A DNA stretch of 64,000 nucleotides from an uncultured Actinomycetes bacterium. Lineage in GTDB: Bacteria > Actinomycetota > Coriobacteriia > Anaerosomatales > CAWKMJ01. Position numbers and translations under genes: made by a program. Shown piece after piece: positions 1 to 11,105 of the stretch; within the stretch, counting starts at the first letter, position 1; each line of letters opens with the position of its first letter. The stretch is taken from the NCBI GenBank assembly GCA_963850695.1, contig CAWKMJ010000002.1, positions 78,810 through 142,809 on the forward strand, given 5' to 3'. A model generated the notes under the pieces. It was not told the DNA's origin, made no database searches, and saw only the letters and a program-made list of their open reading frames with translations.

Positions 1-1596
1 GGGTAGAGGAAGCCGGCACCCACGCTGGCGCGAATGTCTCTGATGGGTAGCCTCCAGCCGGTCGGTCGACCCTTGAGGGCGGGGTCGTGTGAGAGCGAGA
101 GGTGTGTCTTGGCCATGCAGATCGGCAGGTCAGAGTAGCCGAGTCTCGTGTAGAGCTCGATCTTCGCCTCGGCTGCGGGCAGATAGTCCACGCCGTCGGC
201 TCCGTAGATCTCGTGTGGCGATGGCCTCGATCTTCTCCTTGATGGAGGCCTCGTCGGGGTAGAGGAACTTGAACTCCTTGGGCATCTCGCATGCCTTCAC
301 GACCGCCTCGGCGAGGTCGGCTCCACCTGCGCCACCATCGGCGTGGACCTTGTGGGTCACGGCGAAGTCAGCGCCTGCAGCGAGTGCCTTCTCCTTGATG
401 AAGTCGTGCTCGGCCTCTGTGTCGGTGGGGAAGTGGTTGACCACCGCCACGACCGGGATGCCGTAGCTCTTCATGTTCTCGACGTGTTTTTCGAGGTTGC
501 AGATGCCCTCGGCCAGGCTCTCGAGGTCCTCTCTCTGGAGGCGCTCGTCCAGGGGCTTGCCCGGTCGGACTTCGAACTTGCCCGAGTGGGCTTTGAGCGC
601 GCGAACCGTCGCCACGACCACGACGCAGTCGGGCTGGAGTCCTGATGCGCGGCACTTGAGGTCGAGGAACTTCTCGGCACCCATGTCTGCGCCGAAGCCC
701 GATTCCGTCACGACGTAGTCGGCCAGCTTGAGGGCGATCTTGTCGGAGATGATCGAGTTGTTGCCTTGAGCGATGTTGGCGAAGGGCCCGGCGTGCACGA
801 ACACGGGGCCACCCTCGAGGTTCTGCATGAGGTTGGGCTTGATTGCGTCCTTCATGAGCACGGCCATCGCGCCGGCGCACTTGAGGTCCTCGGCGGTCAC
901 GGGCTCACCCGAGTTGTTGGTGCCGATGACGATGCGACCGAGGCGCTTGCGCATGTCTTGGAGATCGGTCGCCATGGCGAGCACGGCCATGACCTCGCTT
1001 GCCACAGTGATGTCGAAGCCCGTTTCGCGCGGGACGCCGTCCAGCTTGGAGCCGAGACCGACGATCGTGTTGCGCAGCGCGCGGTCGTTGAGGTCGACGA
1101 CACGTCGCCACGTTACCGAGTGGGGGTCGATATCCAGGTCGTTGCCCTGGTAGATGTGGTTGTCGATGTAGGCGGCGAGCAGGTTGTTGGCGATGCTCAC
1201 TGCGTGGACGTCGCCTGTCAGGTGCAGGTTGAAGTCCTCCATCGGGATGACCTGTGAGTACCCACCTCCGGCAGCACCGCCCTTGATGCCGAACACCGGC
1301 CCCAGGGAGGGCTGGCGGATGCACGTGATGACGCTCTTGCCGATGTGCTGGAGGGCTTGGCCCAGTCCCACGGTCGTGACCGTCTTCCCTTCGCCCAGCG
1401 GCGTCGGGTTGACCGCGGTCACGTCGACATAGCGGCCCTGGGGTCTGTCGGCGAACTCATCGAGCACCTCGAGCGAGACCTTGGCCTTGTAGGGGCCGTA
1501 GAGCTCGAGGTGGTCGGCGGAGATGCCGATGGCCTCAGCCACGTCGGCGATGGGCCTGAGCGGGGCTTCCTGAGCTATCTGGAGATCCGACTTCAT
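1..1596 (-). CDS. fhs: Formate--tetrahydrofolate ligase; 3' end runs off the window; one apparent frame change near 205-215
   Basis: ORF 130..1767(-) read from [21 protein letters not shown] (ATG at 1596). Collinear FTHFS hallmarks [42 protein letters not shown]. The C-terminal continuation [44 protein letters not shown] is readable in another minus frame at 1..210. Confidence 0.92.
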
Positions 1597-1869
1597 CGAT
1601 GATGCCCTTCCCTGTGACTGACGATAGCGTTCACCACGGACTACCGTGTGGGGGGGTTGATAGCAGGCGGCCCCGCTTACCGGGGAGTCACACGAGCATA
1701 CGTCCTCATACCCACTGAACAACCTACGTGCCGATGAATGGCGACCCCGCTCGGCCAGCGGAGGCATACGTACCGCGAATGAATGGAAATAGATGTCAGC
1801 GGATGCGGTCTCGAGCCATGTGGCCTAGGCTTGTCCCAGATGGGGAGGCTTCATGTCTGGCCGAGGAAG

Positions 1870-2877
1870 ATGTTCATGAGCTGGGTATCCGCTCTCGCAC
1901 AGCGTGTCGCGGAATGGGTGAGCGCAGGTATCATCACCGCCGAGCAGGCCGAGGCGATAAAAGCCTTCGAACAGGCGTCCGGCCGACCTGCGGGAATCTC
2001 GCTCGAGACTCCACATGAGACTCAGGACTCGCGAGCTGCTCTCGTCGTGGAGGTCCTCGGCTACCTTGGCGGTGCCCTGGCACTCGCGGCCGTTGCCTTC
2101 GTGGTGAGCCAGATGTGGGATGCACTCGGCGACATCGGCCAGGTGCTCGTCGTCGGCGGTGCGACGGCGGGCTTGCTCGCGGCCGGCGCGCTCCTACGGC
2201 TGGCCGAGCAGGAGCCCATCAAGCGTCTGGCGCGCTTCCTGTGGTTCCTCGCCGTCGGCGGTGTGGCCGCGACAGTGGGCCTCATCATCGACATGACAAC
2301 GTCTGTCGACGATGAGCGGATGCTGGTTCCCATCGCCGGCACGGCGCTCGTCGTGGGCCTGGTGCTGTGGTGGTTCGAGCGTCGCGCGCTTCAGCAGATC
2401 GCCGTATTCGTCGCGGCCATGTACCTGCTCTTCGGATCGCTTGTCGGCTACACGGATCTCGGGGTCTACGCGTACGCGTGGATCTCGTGGGGAGTCGGTC
2501 TTGCGTGGCTCATCGCGTCTCGGTTCGGACTGCTTCCTCCACGGACCACCGGGTATGCGCTGGCCTCGATCGCCCTCATCGTGAGCCCGCTTGTGGCCAC
2601 CGCAGAGGGAGACGCTTCTCTCGGCATGCTCGGCCTTGGGGTGGTGACAGCGCTGGCGCTGCTGGGCGCCGCTCTCCTCACCGAGGAGCGGATGTTCTTG
2701 GGATTCGGTGCCCTCGGCATCCTCATCTACGTGCCGCAGATAGCCTTCGAGATCTTCGGAGAGGACGCGCTCGCCGTACCGATCGTGTTGCTTGCGACCG
2801 GCCTGTCCCTCATCGGCGTGGCGGTCATGTATGCGCGCATGCGTCGTCGCACGCCTCGTGATGACCCCTCTGTGTGA
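1870..2877 (+). CDS. Multi-pass integral membrane protein of unknown function (DUF2157-like N-terminus)
   Basis: Uninterrupted ORF 1783..2877. Soluble N-terminal helix MSWVSALAQRVAEWVSAGIITAEQAEAI is followed by about nine hydrophobic segments. ATG 1870/1876 preferred over 1783. Confidence 0.6.
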   Translation: MFMSWVSALAQRVAEWVSAGIITAEQAEAIKAFEQASGRPAGISLETPHETQDSRAALVVEVLGYLGGALALAAVAFVVSQMWDALGDIGQVLVVGGATAGLLAAGALLRLAEQEPIKRLARFLWFLAVGGVAATVGLIIDMTTSVDDERMLVPIAGTALVVGLVLWWFERRALQQIAVFVAAMYLLFGSLVGYTDLGVYAYAWISWGVGLAWLIASRFGLLPPRTTGYALASIALIVSPLVATAEGDASLGMLGLGVVTALALLGAALLTEERMFLGFGALGILIYVPQIAFEIFGEDALAVPIVLLATGLSLIGVAVMYARMRRRTPRDDPSV

Positions 2878-2930
2878 CTGCGATACACTACGCGCACTGT
2901 CGTGCGTAGCCGAGAGGGGCGTTCACCCAG

Positions 2931-4650
2931 GTGACAGAGGTGCTCGCGGGACTCATCAAACAGGCGCTTGCCGAGGCCGTCGAGGCGGGCGAGATCACAC
3001 TCGACGAGATCCCCGAACCGTATCTCGAGCGCCCGCGCGATCCCGACCACGGTGACTGGGCGACGAACGTGGCGATGCAGTCGGCCAAGGCCGCCAAGAT
3101 GCCTCCTCGGCAGATCGCCGAGATCATCGCGGCGCACATGGCGGGCCACGAAGACATCGACGCGGTCGAGATCGCAGGTCCCGGCTTCATCAACATCCGT
3201 CTGTCCCCGCGCGCCCTCCAAGGCGTGCTCGCCGAGATCCACGAGCAGCGTGGTGAGTACGGCCGCTCGACGATGGGTGACGGTCGCAAGGTGCAGGTCG
3301 AGTTCGTCTCGGCCAACCCGGTCGGTCCGATGCACGTCGGGCACGGGCGTTGGGCGGCGCTCGGCGACGGGATCGCGCGCGTTCTCGAGTACACCGGGCA
3401 CGAGGTCGAGCGCGAGTACTACATCAACGACGCCGGCGTCCAGATGGACATCTTCGGCGCGAGCGTCTCGGCTCGCTATCTGGAGCTGTGCGGCGAGACG
3501 GTCGAGTTCCCCGAGGACGGCTACCAGGGCGCCTACATCACGGAGATCGCGCGCGAGATCTTCGAGGAGGAGGGTGCCCGGTGGGCCGAGGCGCCTGCCG
3601 AGGAGCGCGAAGAGTACTTCCGGGAGAAGGCGTACCTCCAGGTGCTCGAGCATCTCGAGGCGCGTGCTGCACTCGATGGGCGTGGACTTCGATGTGTGGT
3701 TCTCCGAGCGCACGCTTCACGAGCGCGGGCCCGACGGTGAGCCCAGCCCGATCGAGCGCGGCATCGCGGCCCTGCGCGAGGCGGGCTACGTCTACGAGGA
3801 GGACGGCGCGATGTGGTTCCGCTCCACCGACTTCGGCGACGACAAGGACCGCGTGCTGAAGAAGGCCGACGGCTCGTACACGTACTTCGCGGCGGACGTC
3901 GCGTACCACGCCGACAAGTTCGATCGCGGCTTCGACGAGGTCATCGACTTGTGGGGCGCGGACCATCACGGCTACGTCAAGCGCATGGAGGCGGCGGTGG
4001 CCGCTCTTGGCTACGAGGGCCAGCTTGACGGTCGTCATCGGCCAGCTCGTGAACCTGTTCCGCGGCGGCGAGGTCGTGCGGATGTCGAAGCGCACCGGCG
4101 AGATGGTCACCTTCGAGGAGCTGCTCGAGGATGTCGGCACCGATGCGACCCGCTACTTCTTCCTGCGCCGCTCGACCGACCAGCCGCTCGACTTCGACAT
4201 CCAGCTTGCCAAGGAGCAGTCGAGCGAGAACCCCGTCTACTACGTCCAGTACGCGCACGCACGCATCTGCGCGATCCTGCGCAAGGCGGCCGGCGCCGAG
4301 ACCGACGACACGTCGGTGGACATGGCTGCGGCCGTCGCCGAGGTCGTCGTCGACCGATGCGCCGCTTGCACCTGCTCGACCGAGGAGTCGGAGCTGATCC
4401 CTCATGCGCAAGCTCGCCGAGTTCCCCGAGGTCGTCGAGGTGGCGGCCGCTCAGCTCGCGCCACACAAGCTCACGCGCTATGCCGAGGACCTGGCTGCCT
4501 CGTTCCACCAGTTCTACACGCAGTGCCGCGTCGTCGATCCCGATGAGCCGGAGCTCACCTCGGCCAGGCTCTACGCGGTCGATGCGACGCGGATCGTGCT
4601 CGCGACCGTGCTCGGCGCTCGTGGGAGTGAGCGCTCCCGAGCGGATGTAG
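2931..4650 (+). CDS. argS: Arginine--tRNA ligase, readable only across about four frame changes (near 3665, 4030, 4390, 4620)
   Basis: GTG 2931. [31 protein letters not shown] (HIGH-type motif), [27 protein letters not shown] (KMSK-type motif). DALR-type tail [17 protein letters not shown] ... [10 protein letters not shown] stop at 4650. Confidence 0.9.
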
Positions 4651-4697
4651 GTGCGGATCGCGGCGATCGGGATCCGGCCCGAGAGGCGAACCGCGTG

Positions 4698-4706
4698 TGT
4701 TAGCAT
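4698..4706 (+). promoter_or_regulatory. Candidate extended -10 promoter element TGtTAGCAT upstream of lysA
   Basis: TGnTAnnAT motif 56 nt upstream of ATG 4762. The same motif recurs upstream of rpmE, thyX, prfA and rpiB. No convincing -35. Confidence 0.35.
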
Positions 4707-4761
4707 CTACTAACTCACATGGAGCCCGAGCATCGGGCGAGCGACGAGAGGAGAGGTATCC

Positions 4762-6134
4762 ATGGGCAGGCCCGAGCACACCCAGACCACCGGCGGAGCC
4801 CGATCAGAAGACGGCACACGACCTCAAGTCCGTGCTGCCCAAGACCGCCGAGGTCAAGGATGGCCATCTGTGGATCGGCGGCGTCGACATGGTCGAGCTG
4901 GCACGTGAGGCCGGCACGGCGCTCTACGTCATGGACGAGGAGCACATCCGCCACCAGCTGCGCGAGTACGTGAAGTGGACGCGCTACCACTGGGAGGATG
5001 TCGACGTCATCTACGCGGGCAAGGCGTTCCTCTCGCTCGGCATGCTGCAGATCGTCGAGGAGGAAGGCTGCTCGCTGCTGTGTGCCGGCGGCGGGGAGCT
5101 CGCGTTCGCGCTGCGCGCTGGATTCCCGATGGAGCGCGTGCAGGTGCACGGCAACAACAAGACCGACTACGAGCTCGCCGAGTGCCTCGACGCCGGCGTG
5201 GGCCGCGTCGTCGTCGACTCCTTCTACGAGATGGACCGGCTCTCGGCGATGGCCGAGGAGCGCGGGACGACCCAGTCGATCCTCATCCGCGTCACGCCGG
5301 GCGTGAAGGCCGACACGCACGACTACATCCAGACCGGCCAGGAGGACTCGAAGTTCGGGTTCGGCATGGCCGACGGGTTCGCGCATGAACGCGGTGAAGC
5401 ACGCGCTCGAGCTTCCCGGCATCGACCTGGCCGGGCTGCACATGCACATCGGGTCGCAGATCTTCGCGCTGCACAGCTTCTCGCGCGGCGATCGAGGTCG
5501 TCGTCGAGTTCATGGAGACGATCAAGGCCGAGACGGGCTACATGGTGCGCGAGCTCGATACCGGAGGCGGCCTCGGGATCGCCTACGGCCTGCCCGACGA
5601 GCCGAGCACGATCAAGGACTACGGCAAGGTCATTGTCGACGGCATCAAGGACGAGATCGAGAAGCACGGTCTCGAGGTGCCCAAGATGATGGTGGAGCCG
5701 GGTCGCTCGATCGTCGCCAACGCCGGGGTCACGCTCTACACAGTGGGCTCGATCAAGGAGATCCCGGGCATCCGCACCTACGTGGCGGTCGACGGCGGCA
5801 TGTCCGACAACATCCGCACGTCGCTCTACGACGCCCACTACGAGGCGATCATCGCCAACAAGGCCGAGCAGCCCGCGCGAGATGGTGGCGACCGTCGCGG
5901 GCAAGCACTGCGAGAGCGGCGACATCGTCGTCAACGACGCTCCGCTCCAGCGCCCGGAGCCCGGCGACATCCTGTGCGTCTGCGCGACCGGCGCCTACTG
6001 CTTCTCGATGGCCTCCAACTACAACCAGCAGGTGCGTCCAGGCGTCGTGTTCGTGAGCGACGGGCGAGTGGCGCTGGACCGTGCGTCGCGAGACCTACGA
6101 CGATCTCATGAAGAACAACGTGCGGGTGGAGTAG
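4762..6134 (+). CDS. lysA: Diaminopimelate decarboxylase, about five frame changes
   Basis: ATG 4762 preceded by GAGAGGAGAGG. GHLWIGGVDMVELAREAGTALYVMDE, VIYAGKAFLS, LAGLHMHIGSQIF, LDTGGGLGIAY, VEPGRSIVANAG, GKHCESGD, ATGAYCFSMASNYN. Ends ...TYDDLMKNNVRVE stop 6132..6134. Confidence 0.9.
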
Positions 6135-6139
6135 CGCCC

Positions 6140-6619
6140 ATGGTCTCGATTCGCGAAGTCACACCCGCCGATGCTCAGATAGTCGCCGACCTCCGCGAGG
6201 CCATGTTCCTCGACATCGGTTGGATCGAGGGCTCACGTGAGGAAGTCGTCGCGGCTACGGTCGAGTTCTTCGCACGCGCGATCGCGGAGGGCACCTACAT
6301 CGGATTCATCGCCGAGGAAGATGGGGTGCCCGTCGGCACGGCCGGGGCGGTGATCGTCTTCGTTCCCCCGTACGCCGAGGATCTGACGGGTCGCATCCCG
6401 AGAGTGCAGAACGTCTACGTGGTCCCCGAGTACCGTCGCCAGGGAGTCGCCCGTGAACTCTTCGCGAGACTGATCGAGAGACTTCGCGATAGTGGCCTGC
6501 GACGGATCAGCCTGATGGCAACCGACGAGGGCCGATCGCTCTACGAGGAGTTCGGTTTCGAGGACGTGCCCGAGATGAGTCTGCTGCTGGGCACAGACCA
6601 GAGTGAGGACGCCGAGTGA
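6140..6619 (+). CDS. GNAT-family N-acetyltransferase
   Basis: Intact ORF from ATG 6140. Acetyl-CoA motif-A-like VVPEYRRQGVARELFARL and C-terminal LYEEFGF. Confidence 0.75.
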   Translation: MVSIREVTPADAQIVADLREAMFLDIGWIEGSREEVVAATVEFFARAIAEGTYIGFIAEEDGVPVGTAGAVIVFVPPYAEDLTGRIPRVQNVYVVPEYRRQGVARELFARLIERLRDSGLRRISLMATDEGRSLYEEFGFEDVPEMSLLLGTDQSEDAE

Positions 6620-7137
6620 TGCCGGGCCGTCTCATCCGTATCGTCCCACTCGCGTGCGCGCTCCTGCTCGCCCTCACCGCGCTCGGCTGCGCCGAGTCGG
6701 CCGAGGCGCCGGAGCAGACGACTCAAGAGTCGAGCGAAGCCGCCGAGGAGACCTTGACCCAAGACGAACTCGCCGCCTGGGGCATGTCCGTATCCGATAA
6801 GCAGACGCGGTTCGCCGAGGGCTTCTCGTGGCAGGCACCCGTCATCGATGGCGAGGTGGTCGCCGCAGAGGTCGATACCGCCGGGACTCACTTCTACCGC
6901 ATCGAGGTCGACCACTCTGCCGAGCAGGCCGCGGAGTGGTATCGACGCTCCTATCCCAACGCCAACTGGATCGTCCTGGACGAGAGGACCACTGAGGACG
7001 GCGGTGTCACCACGACGGTTCTCGAGGTCACCAAGGGGCAGGGGGCATGGTCTCGCGTGCTCATTGAAGGTGACGACTCGAGCGCGATCGTGGAGGCGAG
7101 CGTCGGCGTCGGCTCTCCGCCCGAAGGCGTCTTCTAG
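6616..7137 (+). CDS. Putative lipoprotein, unknown function
   Basis: Start overlaps the GNAT stop (GTGATG). Signal peptide with lipobox LLLALTALGC, then acidic linker and a small domain. Intact ORF. Confidence 0.6.
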   Translation: MMPGRLIRIVPLACALLLALTALGCAESAEAPEQTTQESSEAAEETLTQDELAAWGMSVSDKQTRFAEGFSWQAPVIDGEVVAAEVDTAGTHFYRIEVDHSAEQAAEWYRRSYPNANWIVLDERTTEDGGVTTTVLEVTKGQGAWSRVLIEGDDSSAIVEASVGVGSPPEGVF

Positions 7138-7280
7138 GGGCGTCCGTTTCGTCGCCGCGCGCGAGCGCGTCCACACCATGACCGGGCTGGCCGCTCGTCC
7201 CCCAAACGGCTCCGACTGGCGCGACGCCGTACCGCTCGGCAGGCAATCCTGACCGCTGCCCACAAAGGCTCGAAAAGGTA

Positions 7281-7308
7281 TTGCATCCGCGCCCCGTTGG
7301 GCTATCAT
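7281..7308 (+). promoter_or_regulatory. Candidate sigma-70-type promoter TTGCAT-16 nt-TATCAT
   Basis: TTGCAT at 7281..7286 and TATCAT at 7303..7308, about 380 nt upstream of the hom ATG. It would drive the repeat-containing leader or RNA. Confidence 0.4.
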
Positions 7309-7412
7309 CTTCATTGCAAGGTCGTTGAGGAATCCGGATGGGCAGAAGCGCAAGCGACGGTTCGTTCGGAGGGCGCAGCGGCCTTGCACTTTTGTGTCCG
7401 GAGTTCTTCGGA

Positions 7413-7600
7413 CAACCCTCTCACCAGCGGTTTCCTGGTTCCAGTGCTGCCCGCCGAACTCTCTGCTTGCCGGCACAGCCCTGCGCGCGCGCGTCGCGGA
7501 CGACGGGCAACCCCCTCACCAGCGGTTTCCTGGTTCCTGCGCGCCGCCGAACCCTCTTCTCGCCGCCACAGCCCTGCTCGTGCGCGTCGCGGCCGGCGCC
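7413..7600 (+). repeat. Two tandem direct copies of a ~95-bp unit (period 95; about 85 percent identical by eye)
   Basis: Copy A 7413..7507 CAACCCTCTCACCAGCGGTTTCCTGGTTCC...CACAGCCCTGCGCGCGCGCGTCGCGG. Copy B 7508..7600 CAACCCCCTCACCAGCGGTTTCCTGGTTCC...CACAGCCCTGCTCGTGCGCGTCGCGG. Each has the hairpin ACCAG-CGGTTTC-CTGGT. Confidence 0.85.
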
Positions 7601-7685
7601 CTCTGCCACACGAGGCCAGCCGACGCGATACAATAGGCGTCGCTTCATTCAGGATGACCGATCCCTTCCGCGAGGAGACCCGAGC

Positions 7686-8979
7686 ATGCGCACCGTGAAC
7701 GTCGGCCTCATCGGCCTGGGCACCGTTGGCTCAGGCGTCGTCGAGATCTTCGAGCGTCACGCCGAGGATTTCCGCCGCCGCGCAGGCGTGGAGATCAAGC
7801 TCACGCGTTTCGCCGACCGCGACACGGATCGTTTCACGAGCCTCGGTCTGCCGCCTGAGGCCTGCAGCACCGAGGCGGCCGACATCATCAACGATCCCGA
7901 CGTCGACATCGTCATCGAGCTCATCGGCGGGCACCGGGGTCGCTCGGCAGGTCGTGCTCGATGCACTTGGCCGCGGGCAAGAGCGTCGTGACCGCCAACA
8001 AGGCGCTCATGGCGAGCAACGGGCATGAGGTCATGGACGCAGCTGCAGCAACACGGCGTCGACATCATGTTCGAGGCCAGCGTCGGCGGCGGTATCCCGA
8101 TCATCTCCCCGCTCAAGCACTCGCTCACATCCAACGAGATCACGAGCGTCATGGGCATCGTCAACGGCACCACCAACTACATGCTCTCCCGCATGGCGGA
8201 CGACGGGCTCGACTACGACGCAGCGCTCGCCGAGGCGCAAGACCTTGGCTATGCCGAGGCAGACCCCACCGCAGACGTGGACGGACTCGACGCCGCCGCC
8301 AAGATCGCCATTCTTGCCTCGATCGCCTTCAACTCCCGTGTCGTGATGGATCAGGTACCCGCAGAGGGCATCCGCGACCTCACGCCTGTCGACATCGCCT
8401 ACGCAGACGAGATGGGCTACGTCATCAAGCTGCTCGCGATCGCCACGACGGGAGAACGGCTCGGTCGAGGCTCGCGTCCACCCGACGATGATCGCCAAGA
8501 GCCATCCGCTTGCCAGCGTGGGCGGCGTCTACAACGCGATCTACGTCGTCGGCGACGCTGTCGGAGAGACGATGTTCTTCGGAGAGGGAGCGGGCTCACT
8601 GCCGGCTGCCAGCGCGGTCGTCGGTGACGTCATCGAGGTCGCTCGGCACATTCAGTCCGGCTGCCTCAACCTCGTCGGCTGCACCTGCAACGAGGAGTAT
8701 CCGGTCCGCAGCATCGATGAGCTCGTGACGCGCTACTACATTCGGCTCGTCGTGAAGGACCAGCCCGGCGTTCTCGCCGCAACGGCCAAGGTGTTCGGCG
8801 ATCACGGGGTCTCCCTCGATGCCGTGACCCAGAAGGGGTCGATCGGGGATCCCGAGGCCGAGATCGTCTACGTGACCTATGAAGCCACCGAGAAGAGCGT
8901 GCGTGAGTCCCTCGCCGAGATCGAGGGCCTCGATGTCGTGGACTCGGTGGGCACCGTCATCCGCGTCGAGGACCTCTAG
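7686..8979 (+). CDS. hom: Homoserine dehydrogenase, about four frame changes
   Basis: ATG 7686. VNVGLIGLGTVGSGVVEI (NAD fold), AAGKSVVTANKAL, FEASVGGGIPII, VNGTTNYMLS, LGYAEADPTADVDG. C-terminal ACT domain YYIRLVVKDQPGVLAATAKVF. Stop 8977..8979. Confidence 0.9.
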
Positions 8980-8987
8980 GTCTTGCT

Positions 8988-9904
8988 GTGAGGGTATCGG
9001 TCCGCGTTCCGGCGTCCTCGGCCAATCTCGGTCCCGGCTACGACTCGTTCGGGCTCGCACTCGCTCTGCATAGCTGCTTCTCGGCCGAGGAGGCCGATGA
9101 CTGGTCTGTCGAAATCGCGGGCGAGGGTGCTGAGACGCTCGCTCGAGACGAGGACAACCAGGTCGTACGAGCGATGAGCCGGGTGTTCGCTGAGGCAGGG
9201 GAGCCCGATCGGCGCGCACACATCGAGTGCGTGAACGAGATTCCGTTCGGTCAGGGTCTTGGGTCATCGGCATCGGCGATCGTCGGCGGCATGCTGCTGG
9301 CAGATGCCGTGTGCGACTCGCCGGTTCGGTCGCGAGAGGCTGTTCGAGATGGCCTCCGAGATGGAGGGCCACCCGGACAACGTGGCCGCGGCCCTGCTCG
9401 GCGGGATGACCGTCTCATGGACGAGCGACCGGCCCCGTTGCGCTTCTGTTGGGCCCGCGTGCGGTCTCGCGGTCGTGTTCGTTCTTGCAGACGAGCCGCT
9501 TGCCACGCCGGACTCGCGCCACCTTCTGCCCAGCGAGGTTCCGCATGCCGATGCGGCCCGCAACTCGGCTTGGAGCGGTGTTCTCGTCGCGGGCATGTCG
9601 CTTGGCGCGCCCCGATCTGATCGCACAAGGTCTGCACGACTGCATTCACGAGCCCTACCGTGCCGAGGCCGTTCCCGATTTGCGTGAGGTCCGGGACGCG
9701 CTGATAGGCGCCGGTGCGCTGGGTGCGGTCCTATCCGGTGCCGGACCCGCAGTCATCGGCCTGGTCCACGGCGAGGGCGATGCAGCTGCCCTCGAGGCTG
9801 CACGCGAGGTGGCCGAGAATGCCGGGACTGCGCTCGCCGGTCTCGAGGGCCGCTCCCTGCCGCAGGCATGCGGCATCGAGCGTCACGCGCCCGTGGCGGG
9901 CTGA
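8988..9904 (+). CDS. thrB: Homoserine kinase, two frame changes
   Basis: GTG 8988, 8 nt after the hom stop. VPASSANLGPGYDSFG, IPFGQGLGSSASAIVGG (GHMP motif), EGHPDNVAAALLGG, VLSGAGPAV. Confidence 0.88.
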
Positions 9905-10030
9905 GGCCCGCAACTGCTGCATCCGAGTCGGTCGTCGAGCGGTTGACCAGCCGCGACCTCGTCGTGGATGATGTGACCATCCCATCTGTCGCGCGCGCAG
10001 CCACGCGCACCCCTCAAGCGGAGGAATCCC

Positions 10031-11039
10031 ATGGACACCAACGACAGCACGCAAGGGCAGGGAGTCCCGCCCGCATCGCAGCCCGAGTCGCACCCCTCGC
10101 CGCCAGTCGGCCAGTACGCCCCTCAGCCCTACCCTCCGGCCCCGCCGGCAAAGAAGCGATCCGGCGGATGGTGGGTGGCGATAGCCATCTTCGTGCTGCT
10201 GCTCATCCTGCTGTTCTCGTGTTGCGGGCTGTCGGTGTACGCGATGAGTCTGCCGATGGCTTCGACCACGACACCGACGTTCGGCGAGACCATCGCCATC
10301 ATCCACGTGGACGGGATCATCGCTGGTACAGGCAGTTCGATCAACGGGATCGTGAGTCCCGAGGAGTTCCTCTACAAGCTCGACCAGGCCGAGGCGGACC
10401 CCAACGTCAAGGCGGTGCTTCTGCGGGTCGACTCTCCGGGCGGCACAGTTGCCGCTTCGCAAGAGATCGCCATGGAGCTGGAGCGATTCGGCAAGCCGGT
10501 CGTGGTGAGCAGCGCTGACGTCAACGCATCGGGCGCCTACATGATCTCGTCGCAGTGCGATGAGATCTGGGCCCTGCCGACGACGGCGGTCGGCAGCATC
10601 GGCGTCATCACACAGATCCCCAACGTCTCGGGGCTTCTGGACAAGGTCGGCATCGAATTCACGACGGTCACCGCCGGCGAGTACAAGGACGCCGGCAGCA
10701 TGTACCGCAGCATCACCCCCAGCGAGACAGCGCATGCTCCAGCAGGAGGTCGACATCGCCTACGACGAGTTCATCAGGATGGTGGCCGAGGGAAGAGACC
10801 TGCCCGAGGACGATGTCCGTGAGATGGCGACGGGCTGGGCATGGTCAGGCATCGAAGCTCAGGAGATGGGTCTTGTCGATGAGCTGGGTACATACAATGA
10901 TGCACTGGATGCCGCCGCCGACCTCGGCGGAATCGACGGCTCCTACGACACCGTGACCTACGACCAGGTCGACTTCAGCGACTTCATCTACAGCATCATC
11001 GGCATCGAGAGCCAGCTCGAGCGGCTGAGCTCGCTCTGA
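10031..11039 (+). CDS. sppA: Signal peptide peptidase SppA (36K type), one frame change near 10730
   Basis: ATG 10031 after GGAGGA. Pro-rich N-terminus plus TM. LLRVDSPGGTVAASQEI, SSADVNASGAYMISS, VTAGEYKDAGS, SGIEAQEMGLVDELG. Confidence 0.85.
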
Positions 11040-11105
11040 TCCGGAAGGCGCGACGCAGGGCCCGGCGGTTCCCCGCTAGGCGCCTGCGGCCGTCAGGAGG
11101 GTACC

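Noticed and set aside
1597-1780. Possible ZTP (pfl) or THF riboswitch in the ~170-nt leader of fhs (minus strand). These classes often control fhs and folate genes. The leader contains UGACU, a CCCCG-GUAAG-CGGGG hairpin and CCGCCUG.
   Set aside because: Only short fragments resemble the ZTP consensus. The conserved GGCG pseudoknot partner, the ACCGGG element and the terminal GGGC are missing, and nothing resembles the THF core. Not reportable without a covariance-model hit.
4697-4761. GTG 4697 as the lysA start, which would give an uninterrupted N-terminus.
   Set aside because: That stretch overlaps the putative -10 element and has poor third-position GC. ATG 4762 has a strong RBS and good codon bias, requiring one frame change near 4795.
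6541-7476. 311-aa ORF on the minus strand.
   Set aside because: It is antisense to the lipoprotein gene and runs into the repeat region. It has Arg/Gly/Pro-rich shadow-ORF composition typical of high-GC DNA and no recognisable motifs.
7413-7600. The tandem 95-nt repeat interpreted as a known tandem riboswitch (glycine, SAM-I/IV-like GGCAACC...GGU..UCC) or as a CRISPR array.
   Set aside because: Glycine hallmarks (GGAGAG, CUCAGGCAAAAGGAC) and SAM hallmarks (GAGGGA, GAUGAA pairing partners, P1 strands) are absent on either strand. There are only two contiguous copies with no spacers, so it is not CRISPR. Kept only as an unexplained repeat.
7338-7991. 217-aa ORF that would extend hom upstream by about 115 residues through the repeat region.
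   Set aside because: The extension is Arg/Pro/Ser-rich with non-coding-like composition. The conserved NAD-binding N-terminus starts at ATG 7686.
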